Source: Smithellaceae bacterium
GTDB lineage: Bacteria; Desulfobacterota; Syntrophia; Syntrophales; Smithellaceae
Reading direction: 5' to 3'
DNA length: 64,000 nt
Assembly (NCBI GenBank): GCA_963667845.2
Contig: CAXXVL010000002.1
Span: 1,664,001-1,728,000, forward strand
In this document: positions 23,009-32,612 of the stretch, piece after piece
Numbering within the stretch: the stretch's first letter is position 1
Layout: every line of letters begins with the position of its first letter
Program-made: the position numbers and the translations under genes
Notes under the pieces: model-generated
What the model was told of the DNA's origin: nothing
Databases searched by the model: none
What the model saw: only the letters and a program-made list of their open reading frames with translations

Positions 23009-24391
23009 ATGCAGCGCAAAGTAAAGCGCATTCATTTTGTCGGCATCGGCGGCATCGGGATGAGCGGCATCGCTGAAGTGCTCTTGAACCTCGGTTACGG
23101 GATCAGCGGGTCGGATGTTCAATCGTCCGATACGTCCAAGCGCCTGCAGCGTTTAGGCGCGACGGTTGCGGTCGGACATGCGGCGGAAAATATCGGCAAC
23201 GCCGACGTCGTCGTGACGTCTACGGCAGTCAAACAAGATAATCCGGAAGTGGTGGAAGCGCGCCGCAAAAATATTCCGGTCATCCCGCGCGCGGAAATGC
23301 TGGCGGAACTTCTGAAGATGAAATTTTCCGTCGCCGTCTCCGGAAGCCACGGCAAGACAACGACGACATCCATGGTATCAACAATTCTGGCGGAAGGCGG
23401 TCTCGATCCGACGATGGTCATCGGCGGAAAGCTGGCCTCAATCGGTTCCAATGCGCGGCTGGGCGGAGGTGACATCATTGTAGCGGAAGCGGACGAGAGT
23501 GACGGCTCTTTTTTGAAGTTGTCGCCGACCATCGCCGTCATCACGAACATTGACCGTGAACATCTGGATTATTATCCCGGCATTGCCGAAATCAAGGACG
23601 CCTTCTTAAAATTCGCCAATATTGTCCCGTTCTATGGCTGCACGGTCATATGTAACGACAACGATCACGTACGCGAGATTGCCCCGTCCATCAAGCGCCG
23701 GGTCATTACTTACGGCATCGAGCACCCGGCGGATTACCGCGCAGGCAATATCCGGTTTCTGGAAGCGAAGACGGTATATCGACTGTCCTATCGCGGAGAA
23801 GATCTGGGCGATACCGAACTTGCCGTGCCCGGTCTCTTCAATGTCTACAATTCCATGGCGGCGACAGCCGTCGGGCGCGAGCTGGGATTGGATATGGAAA
23901 CCATTCGCAAAGGATTCCATGCCTTCTCCGGCGTGCAGCGCCGTCTGGAGATGAAAGGTCAGGCCAATGGCATTACGGTTGTGGATGATTACGGACATCA
24001 CCCGACGGAAATCGTGGCGACGCTTGCCGCGGCGCGGCAAATGTGGAAGGGCCGATTGATCGTCGTTTTCCAGCCGCATCGTTTCACGCGCACGAAGGCG
24101 CTTTTTGATGAGTTCACCCGGGCATTCGGTGATGCGGACATTCTGGTGCTGAACGATATTTATCCGGCCAGTGAAGCGCCGATTCCCGGCATTAATTCTG
24201 CAGCTCTCTGGGCGGCGATCAACGAGAGCGGACATGCGCACGTCGAATATATCGGGCAGCCCAAGCCCACCGTGGACTTCCTCAAGGCGACGGCCGGCCC
24301 GGGCGATACGGTCATTACGCTGGGTGCGGGCAGTGTGTACAAGATCGGCGAGGCCTTTCTCGATGAGATAAAGCAGGAGACAAAGAAGTAA
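23009..24391 (+). CDS. murC: UDP-MurNAc--L-Ala ligase
   Basis: HFVGIGGIGMSG, GSHGKTTT, EADESD, DDYGHHPTE, FQPHR; alternative start at 22982. Confidence 0.96.
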   Translation: MQRKVKRIHFVGIGGIGMSGIAEVLLNLGYGISGSDVQSSDTSKRLQRLGATVAVGHAAENIGNADVVVTSTAVKQDNPEVVEARRKNIPVIPRAEMLAELLKMKFSVAVSGSHGKTTTTSMVSTILAEGGLDPTMVIGGKLASIGSNARLGGGDIIVAEADESDGSFLKLSPTIAVITNIDREHLDYYPGIAEIKDAFLKFANIVPFYGCTVICNDNDHVREIAPSIKRRVITYGIEHPADYRAGNIRFLEAKTVYRLSYRGEDLGDTELAVPGLFNVYNSMAATAVGRELGLDMETIRKGFHAFSGVQRRLEMKGQANGITVVDDYGHHPTEIVATLAAARQMWKGRLIVVFQPHRFTRTKALFDEFTRAFGDADILVLNDIYPASEAPIPGINSAALWAAINESGHAHVEYIGQPKPTVDFLKATAGPGDTVITLGAGSVYKIGEAFLDEIKQETKK

Positions 24392-25317
24392 TGACGGGTC
24401 ATCTTGCCATAAAGAATGCATTAGACCGCGTGACGGTCGGCAACGTGTGGTTTAACGAACCGATGTCGCGTCATGCGTCGCTGAAACTGGGCGGTGCCGC
24501 TGATGCGCTCGTGATGACCGAAAATGAGGAGCAGCTAGGCCATGTTTTGCAGAGGCTTGCCGAAAAGCAAATTCCGTTCATGCCCGTGGGCAATCTGACC
24601 AACATCCTGGTGCGCGACGGCGGTTATCGCGGCGTCCTCGTCTGGATGCGCGGAATGGATCAAGTCAACGCTACGCCGGGCCCGGACGGCGAATACGGCA
24701 TCGATGCCCAAGCCGGTGCAACGCTTGCTAAAGTAGTGAATCTGGCCGCCTCTCGCGAATTGACCGGTGTGGAATTCTGCACGGGTATTCCCGGCAGTGT
24801 CGGCGGGGCCGTCTGGATGAACGCCGGGGCCTATGGAAGAGAAATCAAGGATGTTGTTACTCAAGTGACGGTCATGGATCAAAACGGACAAAAAAAATTA
24901 CTGAAGCGCAGTGAGATCGCCTTTGCTTATCGGCAATCGAATCTGCCCGCAGACGTCATTATCTGCCGGGCGCAGTTCGTCCTGCAAAAAGGCAGCGCCG
25001 CGCAGATCCGGGAACGGATGTCTGAGATTTCGAAGTCGCGGCAGGAGAAACATCCGCTCAAGTATCCCAGCGCCGGATCGGTGTTTAAGAACCTGCCGGG
25101 AATGCCGGCAGGAAGATTGATTGAGGAACTGGGGCTGAAAGGTCTGCGGCACGGTGATGTCCAGGTATCGAAAAAGCACGCCAATTTCATTGTGAATAAA
25201 GGGCAGGGCACCGCTTCGGACATGATTACGCTGATCAAGATCATTCAGGAGGCGGCCCGAAAAGAAAAGGGGGTCAACCTGGAGACGGAAATTGTGATTA
25301 TTGGAGAAGACGTGTGA
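24391..25317 (+). CDS. murB: UDP-N-acetylenolpyruvoylglucosamine reductase
   Basis: IPGSVGGAVWMNAGAYG, PSAGSVFKN, KHANFIVN, LETE. Confidence 0.95.
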   Translation: MTGHLAIKNALDRVTVGNVWFNEPMSRHASLKLGGAADALVMTENEEQLGHVLQRLAEKQIPFMPVGNLTNILVRDGGYRGVLVWMRGMDQVNATPGPDGEYGIDAQAGATLAKVVNLAASRELTGVEFCTGIPGSVGGAVWMNAGAYGREIKDVVTQVTVMDQNGQKKLLKRSEIAFAYRQSNLPADVIICRAQFVLQKGSAAQIRERMSEISKSRQEKHPLKYPSAGSVFKNLPGMPAGRLIEELGLKGLRHGDVQVSKKHANFIVNKGQGTASDMITLIKIIQEAARKEKGVNLETEIVIIGEDV

Positions 25318-26159
25318 GCGGAAAAATGAAAGTCAGCCTGGAAGCGAGAAAAAGCCGTTTGCGCCGGCGTCTGATCGGGTCTCTCGGTGAGTCGCTCACC
25401 GCTGTGGGTCTGCTTGTCGCCGCAACGACAACCTGCCTTCTGTTTATTTATGCCTACAGCAGTCTGTTTTGCGCCCGCTATTTTGAGATCAGGGATATCT
25501 CCGTGCGCGGCGTCAAGGAACTGAACGAAAAAGACATCCTGGCCCTGGCCGATATCCGGCCGCGTTCGAATATCCTGGCCGTGAATACGGATGCCGTCGC
25601 CGTCCGCATTGCGGCTAATCCCTGGGTCAAAGCTATTTACGTCGGCCGGGAGTTTCCCGACCGGCTGGTGCTGGATGTGCGTGAGCGCACACCGGTTGCC
25701 CTGGTGAAACAGTCCGGTGACTTTTACCTGATGGATGCGGAAGGCTTCGTCTTCAAAAAGCTGTCGAATGCCGATGAAGTCGACCTGGCCATCCTCACCG
25801 GCGTCAACATTCTGGCCAAGGAAAAGTCCGCGCTGCTGCCCCAGGCGCTGAAGCTGCTGGACATGCTGTCCTCCGCGGACCGCTATGCATTTTTGGGCAC
25901 CATTTCCGAAGTGCATATGGATGAGGTGTTTGGATTATCCATCCTGACGGATAAGGGACTGCATTTAAAACTGGGCCGCGAGAATTTTGCAGGCAAGCTC
26001 AACCAACTCCAGGTCGTCCTGGCGGATCTGGAGAAGCGGGGCATGAAAGACGGTCATCTGTTTGTCGACCTGGCGGATATATCGAAGGTGACGGTTCAGC
26101 GCCATGACGCACTGGGAAAAGCTCAGGAGCAGAAGAAAGGGCCGCAATACAGACTGTAG
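25314..26159 (+). CDS. ftsQ: Cell division protein FtsQ/DivIB
   Basis: TM helix, POTRA-like region (NPWVK, FPDRL..V.ER); position before ftsA. Confidence 0.88.
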   Translation: MSGKMKVSLEARKSRLRRRLIGSLGESLTAVGLLVAATTTCLLFIYAYSSLFCARYFEIRDISVRGVKELNEKDILALADIRPRSNILAVNTDAVAVRIAANPWVKAIYVGREFPDRLVLDVRERTPVALVKQSGDFYLMDAEGFVFKKLSNADEVDLAILTGVNILAKEKSALLPQALKLLDMLSSADRYAFLGTISEVHMDEVFGLSILTDKGLHLKLGRENFAGKLNQLQVVLADLEKRGMKDGHLFVDLADISKVTVQRHDALGKAQEQKKGPQYRL

Positions 26160-26202
26160 GCTGCAGATCAGTCTCGGGGCGGTTATTCAAAAGGGTGAAC
26201 GT

Positions 26203-27429
26203 ATGGGAAGAAAAAGCAATGTTCTGGTGGGGATCGATATAGGAACGACGAAAACGACGGCGGTTGTCGGCGAGGTGACTGATACCGGCATTGATATTAT
26301 CGGTATGGGTATCTCGCTGGCCAAAGAATTGAGGAAGGGCGGCGTCGTCAATATCGACAACACGGTTGAGGCGATTAAAAAAGCCGTGGAAGACGCCGAA
26401 CACATGTCGGGTTGCCGCATCAATTCCGCGTATGTCGGCATTGCCGGCCCGCACGTCAAGGGACAAAACTCGCTGGGGATTGTCGCCGTCAAGGGCCGGG
26501 AAGTCGGCGAGGATGATGTGCAGCGGGCGATCGAAGCGTCGAAAGCCATTGCCATTCCCGTGGACCGGGAGATTCTGCACACGCTGCCGCAAAACTATGT
26601 GGTCGACGGCCAGGACGGCATTCGCGATCCCGTGGGCATGTCGGGTGTGCGCCTGGAAGCAAAAGTGCATATCGTAACCGGGGCTGCTGCGTCTATTCAG
26701 AATGTGGTGAAATCCGTCAATCGCGTCGGGCTCGACATTGATGATGTCGTTCTGGAACAACTGGCGGCGAGTGAAGCCATCTTGAGCGCCGATGAAAAGG
26801 ACCTGGGCGTCGCCCTGATCGATATCGGCGGATCGACGACGGGCATTGCCATCTTTGCGGAGGGCAGCATTAAGCATACCGCAACTCTGCCCGTGGGCGG
26901 CAACTTTCTCACCTCGGATATCGCCACCGGACTGCGCACGCCGTTTGCGGAAGCGGAAAAAATCAAGTTGAAGTACGGCTGCGCACTGACGTCGATGATT
27001 CCCAAGGAAGAAACCATCGAAGTCCCGAGCGTGGGCGGCCGCGACGCGCGCATGGTGTCGCGGCAGATCCTGGGACGCATTGTCGAGCCCCGGATGGATG
27101 AAATCCTGAACATGGCGCTCAAGGAAATGGTCCGCTCCGGTTACGAAGATCTGCTGGCGGCGGGACTGGTGCTGACCGGCGGCGGGTCGCTCCTGCCGGG
27201 CATCAACGAAATGGCCGAGCAGATTTTCGACATGCCGGTGCGCCGCGGCTATCCGACGGGTGTCGGCGGCCTGAGCGACGTCGCCAATTCGCCGGCGTTT
27301 GCCGTCGGGGTCGGCCTGATTATCTACGGCAGTAAAAATACATCGAGCGATTCCGTCTATCGCAAGACGGGTAACGTTTTCAGTGAATTTTTTAAAACGA
27401 TTAAAAAATGGTTTTTAGAGTTTTTTTAG
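26203..27429 (+). CDS. ftsA: Cell division protein FtsA
   Basis: GIDIGTTK, PVGMSGVRLE, DIGG, VLTGGG, C-terminal amphipathic helix; ATG start at 26203. Confidence 0.96.
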   Translation: MGRKSNVLVGIDIGTTKTTAVVGEVTDTGIDIIGMGISLAKELRKGGVVNIDNTVEAIKKAVEDAEHMSGCRINSAYVGIAGPHVKGQNSLGIVAVKGREVGEDDVQRAIEASKAIAIPVDREILHTLPQNYVVDGQDGIRDPVGMSGVRLEAKVHIVTGAAASIQNVVKSVNRVGLDIDDVVLEQLAASEAILSADEKDLGVALIDIGGSTTGIAIFAEGSIKHTATLPVGGNFLTSDIATGLRTPFAEAEKIKLKYGCALTSMIPKEETIEVPSVGGRDARMVSRQILGRIVEPRMDEILNMALKEMVRSGYEDLLAAGLVLTGGGSLLPGINEMAEQIFDMPVRRGYPTGVGGLSDVANSPAFAVGVGLIIYGSKNTSSDSVYRKTGNVFSEFFKTIKKWFLEFF

Positions 27430-27447
27430 ACAAAAAAGGGGGTGCGC

Positions 27448-28599
27448 ATGTTTGAATTAACAGAAGTCTGCATCGAAAATTCGGCGAGAATCAAAGTAGT
27501 AGGTGCGGGAGGGGGCGGCGGAAACGCCGTCAATACGATGATTTCATATTCGCTCCGGGGCGTCGATTTTATTATTGCCAACACGGACGCCCAGGCGCTA
27601 GGTGCGTCGGCCGCGCCCAACAAAATCCAGATCGGGGCCGAAGTCACCAAGGGCTTGGGCGCCGGTTCCAATCCCGACATCGGCCGGCAGTCGGCCCTGG
27701 AATCCCGCGATGAAATCCGCCGTCATCTGGAGGGCGCGGATATGATTTTCATCACGGCCGGCCTGGGCGGCGGCACCGGGACGGGCGCAGCGCCTGTCAT
27801 TGCGGAAGTCGCCCGTGAGTGCGGTGCACTGACCGTCGCCGTGGTGACCAAACCGTTTCAGTTTGAAGGCAAGAAAAGAAATTCACAGGCCGAGGACGGT
27901 ATTATCCAGCTGCGCGACGTCGTGGACACCCTGATCGTCGTGCCCAACCAGCGGCTCCTGAGCCTGGGCGGGCGCGGGCTGTCGCTTCTGGACGCGTTCA
28001 AGAAAGCGGATGATATCCTCTATCAGGCCGTGAAAGGCATCTCCGATCTGATCATTGTTCCGGGGCTGATCAATCTCGATTTCGCCGACGTGAAAAACAT
28101 TATGAGCAACATGGGCATGGCGCTCATGGGCACCGGCACGGCCAGCGGCGAGAACCGCGCTATTGAAGCCGCGCAGCGGGCCATCTCCTCGCCGCTCCTG
28201 GAAGACAACACGATCCAGGGTGCGCAGGGCATTCTGCTCAGCATCACCGGCGGGCCGGACATGAGCCTCTACGAAGTCAATGAGGCTTCATCGCTCATCC
28301 AGTCCGAGGCGCACGAAGACGCCAATATTATTTTCGGGACGGTGATTGATGAGAACATGAAGGACGAGATCAGGATCACGGTGATCGCGACCGGCTTTGA
28401 GGATGCCATGAAAAAGAAGCAAGCGCCGTCGAACGTCGCCCACCTGGGCGGTTTCCGGAAAGAGGACCTTTCGACGCCCGCTTTCATGCGCCGGGAAAAA
28501 TCGCGCGATCAGGCCAACGTTCTGACGATGGGGCTGAATGATGAAAGCGAACACGTCGATATCGAAATTCCGACATTTCTGCGCCGGCAGGCGGACTAA
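27448..28599 (+). CDS. ftsZ: Cell division protein FtsZ
   Basis: GGGGGNA, GGGTGTG, NLDFADV, C-terminal IPTFLR. Confidence 0.98.
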   Translation: MFELTEVCIENSARIKVVGAGGGGGNAVNTMISYSLRGVDFIIANTDAQALGASAAPNKIQIGAEVTKGLGAGSNPDIGRQSALESRDEIRRHLEGADMIFITAGLGGGTGTGAAPVIAEVARECGALTVAVVTKPFQFEGKKRNSQAEDGIIQLRDVVDTLIVVPNQRLLSLGGRGLSLLDAFKKADDILYQAVKGISDLIIVPGLINLDFADVKNIMSNMGMALMGTGTASGENRAIEAAQRAISSPLLEDNTIQGAQGILLSITGGPDMSLYEVNEASSLIQSEAHEDANIIFGTVIDENMKDEIRITVIATGFEDAMKKKQAPSNVAHLGGFRKEDLSTPAFMRREKSRDQANVLTMGLNDESEHVDIEIPTFLRRQAD

Positions 28600-28655
28600 T
28601 CAGGTGTTTGTGGCCCTCCGACCGGACGAAAAAAGGCGGAGGCCATGACCGACCC

Positions 28656-30350
28656 ATGAACTGGAAAGAGAAAAAAAAATACGAAGCCCTTTTGGCGCGC
28701 GAACAGGGTTTCAAAAAAAAAGTCTGGGGAACCTGCCACACGGTTTGCCTGGCCTATCCCAACGTATACCGGATCGGCATGGCCAACCTCGGATTCCAGA
28801 CGGTTTACAAGATATTTAACGCGCTCCCTTCCTTTCTTTGTGAAAGAGTGTTTCTGCCCGCCGGCGACGACGCCGAATTCGCCGCCGGCGCGGCAGGAAC
28901 GGTTTCTCTGGAAAACCGCAAACCCCTCAGCGATTTTGACATTCTGGCTTTTTCCGTTTCTTTTGAAAACGATTACCCGTCGATTTTAAAGATTCTTGAT
29001 CTGGGCGGCATACCGCTCAAGGCGAAGGACCGTGACGGCAGTCAGCCGCTGGTGATCGGCGGCGGCATTGCACTCACGCTGAATCCGGAGCCGCTGGCCG
29101 AATTTTTTGACGCCTTTATTTTAGGTGAAGCAGAAGACGTTCTGCCCAGGTTCGCCGGTGTTTATTCCGAAGCGCAGCGGACCGGCCTTGATCGCAAAGC
29201 CCTGCTTGTCCGGCTGCAAAAACAAATACCGGGGCTTTATGTTCCGCAGCTTTATGCGGTGCATTATTTTCCCGAAGGAAAGATTCGGGACATACTCCCG
29301 AAAGAAGAGGGGCTGCCCGATAAGATTCGAATTTCCCCGGTCAAAGATATCAGCGCTTTTTCCACGGCCGAAGTGGTGAGCACCCCTGATTCCGAAATGG
29401 CCGACATGTTCCTCGTGGAAGTCAATCGCGGCTGCCCGCATTTCTGCCGCTTTTGCGCCGCTGCCTATGTCTATGCGCCGCCCAGGTTCCGCAGCTATGA
29501 AGAAATTATTTCGGTCATTGATCACGGCCTCACGTTGAAAAGTAAGATCGGTCTGGTCGGGACGGCGGTCTCCGATCATCCGGATCTGGTAAATATCTGC
29601 CGCTATATTGTGGAGCAAGGCGCGCAGGCCGGCGTCGGTTCGCTGCGAATCGATCAGATTGACGAAACGATGGTGGATGTGCTTGGGGCCTGCGGCATCG
29701 AGACGGTCGCGCTGGCGCCGGAAGCCGGATCGCAGCGGCTGCGCGATCTGCTGCGCAAAGGCATCACAACGGATGATATTCTGCGGGCGGTTCGGCTCCT
29801 GATCGAAAAGGACATCTCCCATCTCCGGCTGTACTTCATGGTGGGGCTGCCCACGGAAACAGATGAAGACATCGATGCCATTATCGATCTTGCCAAAAAG
29901 ATCCAGCACACGGCGTTTAGCCACACGGAAGGCAAAAAGAAGTTCCGGCGCGTGACGCTGAGCATCAATCAGTTTATTCCCAAACCCCGCACGCCCCTGC
30001 AGTGGTGTGCGCTCGCGGACGTTCAGGACGTGGCGAAGAAGATTAAAAGGATCGTTCATGCCTTTCGGCAAGACAAGCAGATCAATGTCATAGCCGACGT
30101 ACCGAAGTGGAACTACGTGCAGGCGCTCCTGTCGGTGGGTGACCGGCGCGTGGGTGATATTCTGCTGGCCGTCCATCGCCTCAATGGCAACTGGATGCGG
30201 GCGCTCAAAGACATCAATATCAATCCCGACTTCTACGTCTATCGCGAGAAAGATCCGGATGAGTTCCTGCCCTGGGACCTCATCGAAGTCGGCGTCCCGA
30301 AAAAAGCGCTGATCAAGGAATACAAGAAGGCGCTGCCTGACTCCAATTGA
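28656..30350 (+). CDS. Radical SAM protein with B12-binding-like N-terminal domain
   Basis: YPNVYRIGMANLG, RGCPHFCRFC, APEAGSQRLR, LYFMVGLPTE, FIPKPRTP; ATG start at 28656. Confidence 0.85.
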   Translation: MNWKEKKKYEALLAREQGFKKKVWGTCHTVCLAYPNVYRIGMANLGFQTVYKIFNALPSFLCERVFLPAGDDAEFAAGAAGTVSLENRKPLSDFDILAFSVSFENDYPSILKILDLGGIPLKAKDRDGSQPLVIGGGIALTLNPEPLAEFFDAFILGEAEDVLPRFAGVYSEAQRTGLDRKALLVRLQKQIPGLYVPQLYAVHYFPEGKIRDILPKEEGLPDKIRISPVKDISAFSTAEVVSTPDSEMADMFLVEVNRGCPHFCRFCAAAYVYAPPRFRSYEEIISVIDHGLTLKSKIGLVGTAVSDHPDLVNICRYIVEQGAQAGVGSLRIDQIDETMVDVLGACGIETVALAPEAGSQRLRDLLRKGITTDDILRAVRLLIEKDISHLRLYFMVGLPTETDEDIDAIIDLAKKIQHTAFSHTEGKKKFRRVTLSINQFIPKPRTPLQWCALADVQDVAKKIKRIVHAFRQDKQINVIADVPKWNYVQALLSVGDRRVGDILLAVHRLNGNWMRALKDININPDFYVYREKDPDEFLPWDLIEVGVPKKALIKEYKKALPDSN

Positions 30351-30372
30351 TATTTCATTCCATTCAATTCTC

Positions 30373-30410
30373 CGTCATTGCGAGCAGACCCTCGGTCTGC
30401 GTGGCAATCT
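30373..30410 (+). repeat. CGTC-tagged REP-like palindrome
   Basis: CGTCATTGCGAGCAGACC-ctc-GGTCTGCGTGGCAATCT. Confidence 0.65.
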
Positions 30411-30418
30411 TTTCCGCG

Positions 30419-30446
30419 CGTCATACCGACTTGATCGGAAATCCAG
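30419..30446 (+). repeat. Second CGTC-tagged REP-like palindrome
   Basis: CGTCATACCGA-cttga-TCGGAAATCCAG. Confidence 0.5.
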
Positions 30447-30460
30447 AAAGTCTATAAGAG

Positions 30461-30638
30461 TGCAGTTGCACCGCGGTGTGCCTTCGCTCAATGTCCTCAA
30501 CTGTGGCGCTAAGCTCATTGCGCGACGGCCAAAAACTCGCTTGCGGCTCAAACAGTTTGGCCATCTGATGCTCCACAACGCCTCACGCCACAACGTTTCG
30601 GCCATAATTCGCTAAAGTCACACCTCGATGCAGCTGCG
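30461..30638 (+). mobile_element. ~180-bp rod-like MITE/REPIN-type element, copy 1
   Basis: 24-nt terminal inverted repeat (19/24), internal stems; aligns end to end with the reverse complement of 33234-33420. Confidence 0.7.
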
Positions 30639-30821
30639 GATTCGTCAATTTAGACGTACGCACAAGATGGAGGAAGTTAATAAGGAAACAGCGTCCCTGT
30701 GTCCGCTCGGAACAGTGCGTTTTTGCTTCTTTCTGTATTGAGCAAAAAGCCACGAGTCTGCTGGTCTTCAATCCGTTATCGATGATGTCATTCCCCATAC
30801 AATTATGATATGGACGAATTG

Positions 30822-30900
30822 TCTGTGAGGGGCCGGAGCCAACGGATACATCGTGGATAATGTGGCACCGCCGGTAAACAGGGAGGAAACGAACCTCGAC
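30822..30900 (+). mobile_element. Possible degenerate group II intron 3' remnant (domain V 3' arm/domain VI)
   Basis: TCTGTGAGGGGCCGG...GATAATGTGGCACCGCCGGTAAAC...GGAAAC...CTCGAC resembles bacterial group II intron 3' ends by recall; DV 5' arm and RT ORF are absent. Confidence 0.4.
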
Positions 30901-30935
30901 CCGATTACTTTTGTATCTGAGGAAGGTAGCGTTAT

Positions 30936-32285
30936 ATGAAAAGATTAATCTTAAAGGAGATTACTCCGGCGTGTCTCCTTTCAGCAAGGAGCGAACCTAA
31001 GAGGCGTATTGTTTTGATAATCTCCGCAAGCCTTCTCCTGCTTGTGAGTGTCATGATTACGGGGTGTTTCAATTTCACTAAAACTACACCTCTGCATGAT
31101 GCAGTATTTAATGGCGATATAGGAACAGCCAGAGAACTCCTTGAAAGGGGTGCTAATATAGAGGCAGGTACTTCTTCAGATCCGGGTTACAGTCCATTAA
31201 CGTATGCTGGTTACGCAAATGCGCCACTTGAGGTTGTAAAACTTCTTGTTGAGAGGGGTGCAAACGTAAACGCTACTTCTAGGTGGGGTGAAACTCCATT
31301 GGCTGCTTCAGCGCTCCATCACCGCAGGGATATCGCAACATATTTGGTTAATAAAGGTGCGGATATTGACAAGGCGATTGTTTTCTTAGACAGACAACGC
31401 AGGCAGGAGGCCGTGGAATTTCTTTATGGATTAAAAAGGGAAATGACGGACTCTAATCAGCCCAAACCGGTGAAAACCGCAGCCTTGGTCAAATCGTTTC
31501 CGGCAATCAAATCCGATGTCGATGATCTTCCGGCAATCAAGGCCAAGGCGAATAAAAACGCGTACTCCATTGTGATTGGCATCGAGCAGTATCGCCAGAA
31601 GCTCCCCAATGCTGATTATGCGACGCAGGACGCGAAGACCATGACGGAATACCTTACAAAGGTTATGGGCTATCCGGAGGAGAATGTTGTAACTCTTTTG
31701 AATGAAAATGCAACCAATGTAGATCTTGCGAAATACTTTGAGAAATGGCTTCCTAACAACGTCGAAAGAAATGGCACGGTCTTCATCTACTATTCAGGAC
31801 ACGGTGCACCAAATGCAAAGACAGGGGACGCCTATCTTGTGCCGTATGACGGGGACCCGTCCTTTATTGAGCAGACCGGATACCCCCTGAAGAAACTCTA
31901 TGAATCCCTGAGCAAACTCCCGGCTAAAGAAATCATTGTCGCGCTGGATTCCTGTTTTTCCGGAGGGGGTGGAAGATCGGTTATTGCCAAGGGCGCGAGG
32001 CCACTGGTGATGAATCTCCAGAGCAACATAGCTTTATCAAAGAACATAACAGTTCTTTCTGCTTCGTCCAGCGAACAGATTAGCTCGACCTATGATGAGA
32101 AGGGGCATGGGCTCTTTACCTACTTCCTCCTCAAAGGCATTAAGAATGAAGATGTTGTAAAGCTGGATGGTTCCATAAAGATGGAAGACCTGTATGGCTA
32201 CATCAAACCCCGGGTTGAGCGCATTGCCAGGAAGCAGTACAATAATGAACAATCTCCGCAGTTGATCGGAGCGACGAGCAAATAA
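30936..32285 (+). CDS. Lipoprotein with ankyrin repeats and caspase-like (peptidase C14) domain
   Basis: Lipobox ITG-C; TPLHDA/SPL/TPLAAS ankyrin repeats; SIVIGIEQY, YYSGHG (His), ALDSCF (Cys), HGLFTYFLL, QSPQ. Confidence 0.88.
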   Translation: MKRLILKEITPACLLSARSEPKRRIVLIISASLLLLVSVMITGCFNFTKTTPLHDAVFNGDIGTARELLERGANIEAGTSSDPGYSPLTYAGYANAPLEVVKLLVERGANVNATSRWGETPLAASALHHRRDIATYLVNKGADIDKAIVFLDRQRRQEAVEFLYGLKREMTDSNQPKPVKTAALVKSFPAIKSDVDDLPAIKAKANKNAYSIVIGIEQYRQKLPNADYATQDAKTMTEYLTKVMGYPEENVVTLLNENATNVDLAKYFEKWLPNNVERNGTVFIYYSGHGAPNAKTGDAYLVPYDGDPSFIEQTGYPLKKLYESLSKLPAKEIIVALDSCFSGGGGRSVIAKGARPLVMNLQSNIALSKNITVLSASSSEQISSTYDEKGHGLFTYFLLKGIKNEDVVKLDGSIKMEDLYGYIKPRVERIARKQYNNEQSPQLIGATSK

Positions 32286-32343
32286 GGTCTTTACATAGTC
32301 GGCGTTTCTTCCGATCGGCAATCATTCATCATGAGGAAAAAGA

Positions 32344-32446
32344 GGGACACCCTTAAGTTGTTAAGTAGCTTTCTAAGGGCTGATGTTATACTATCAGATT
32401 AAAAACGGTATTTATTTTTAATAACTTAAATACTTAAGGGTGTCCC
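32344..32446. repeat. 103-bp segment bounded by 23-bp inverted repeats
   Basis: GGGACACCCTTAAGTTGTTAAGT (32344-32366) vs ACTTAAATACTTAAGGGTGTCCC (32424-32446); outer 15 bp perfect, 21/23 overall. Confidence 0.85.
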
Positions 32447-32612
32447 CCCTGCCAACAAAGAATCAGCGAGATCCCTCATGCGGTCATCTCATCCATCCCC
32501 CTATATCCGTATGGTCAAAATCTTCTTGACTCACAATTCCCCACTACCATATACCTGATACCACTGAGTTCTCAAAATTCTTATCAATGCAAAATGGAAG
32601 GAGATTATTGAA

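Noticed and set aside
30583..30798. 71-aa minus-strand ORF in the repeat hotspot
   Set aside because: It runs into the 180-bp element and has no recognisable domain or clear RBS.
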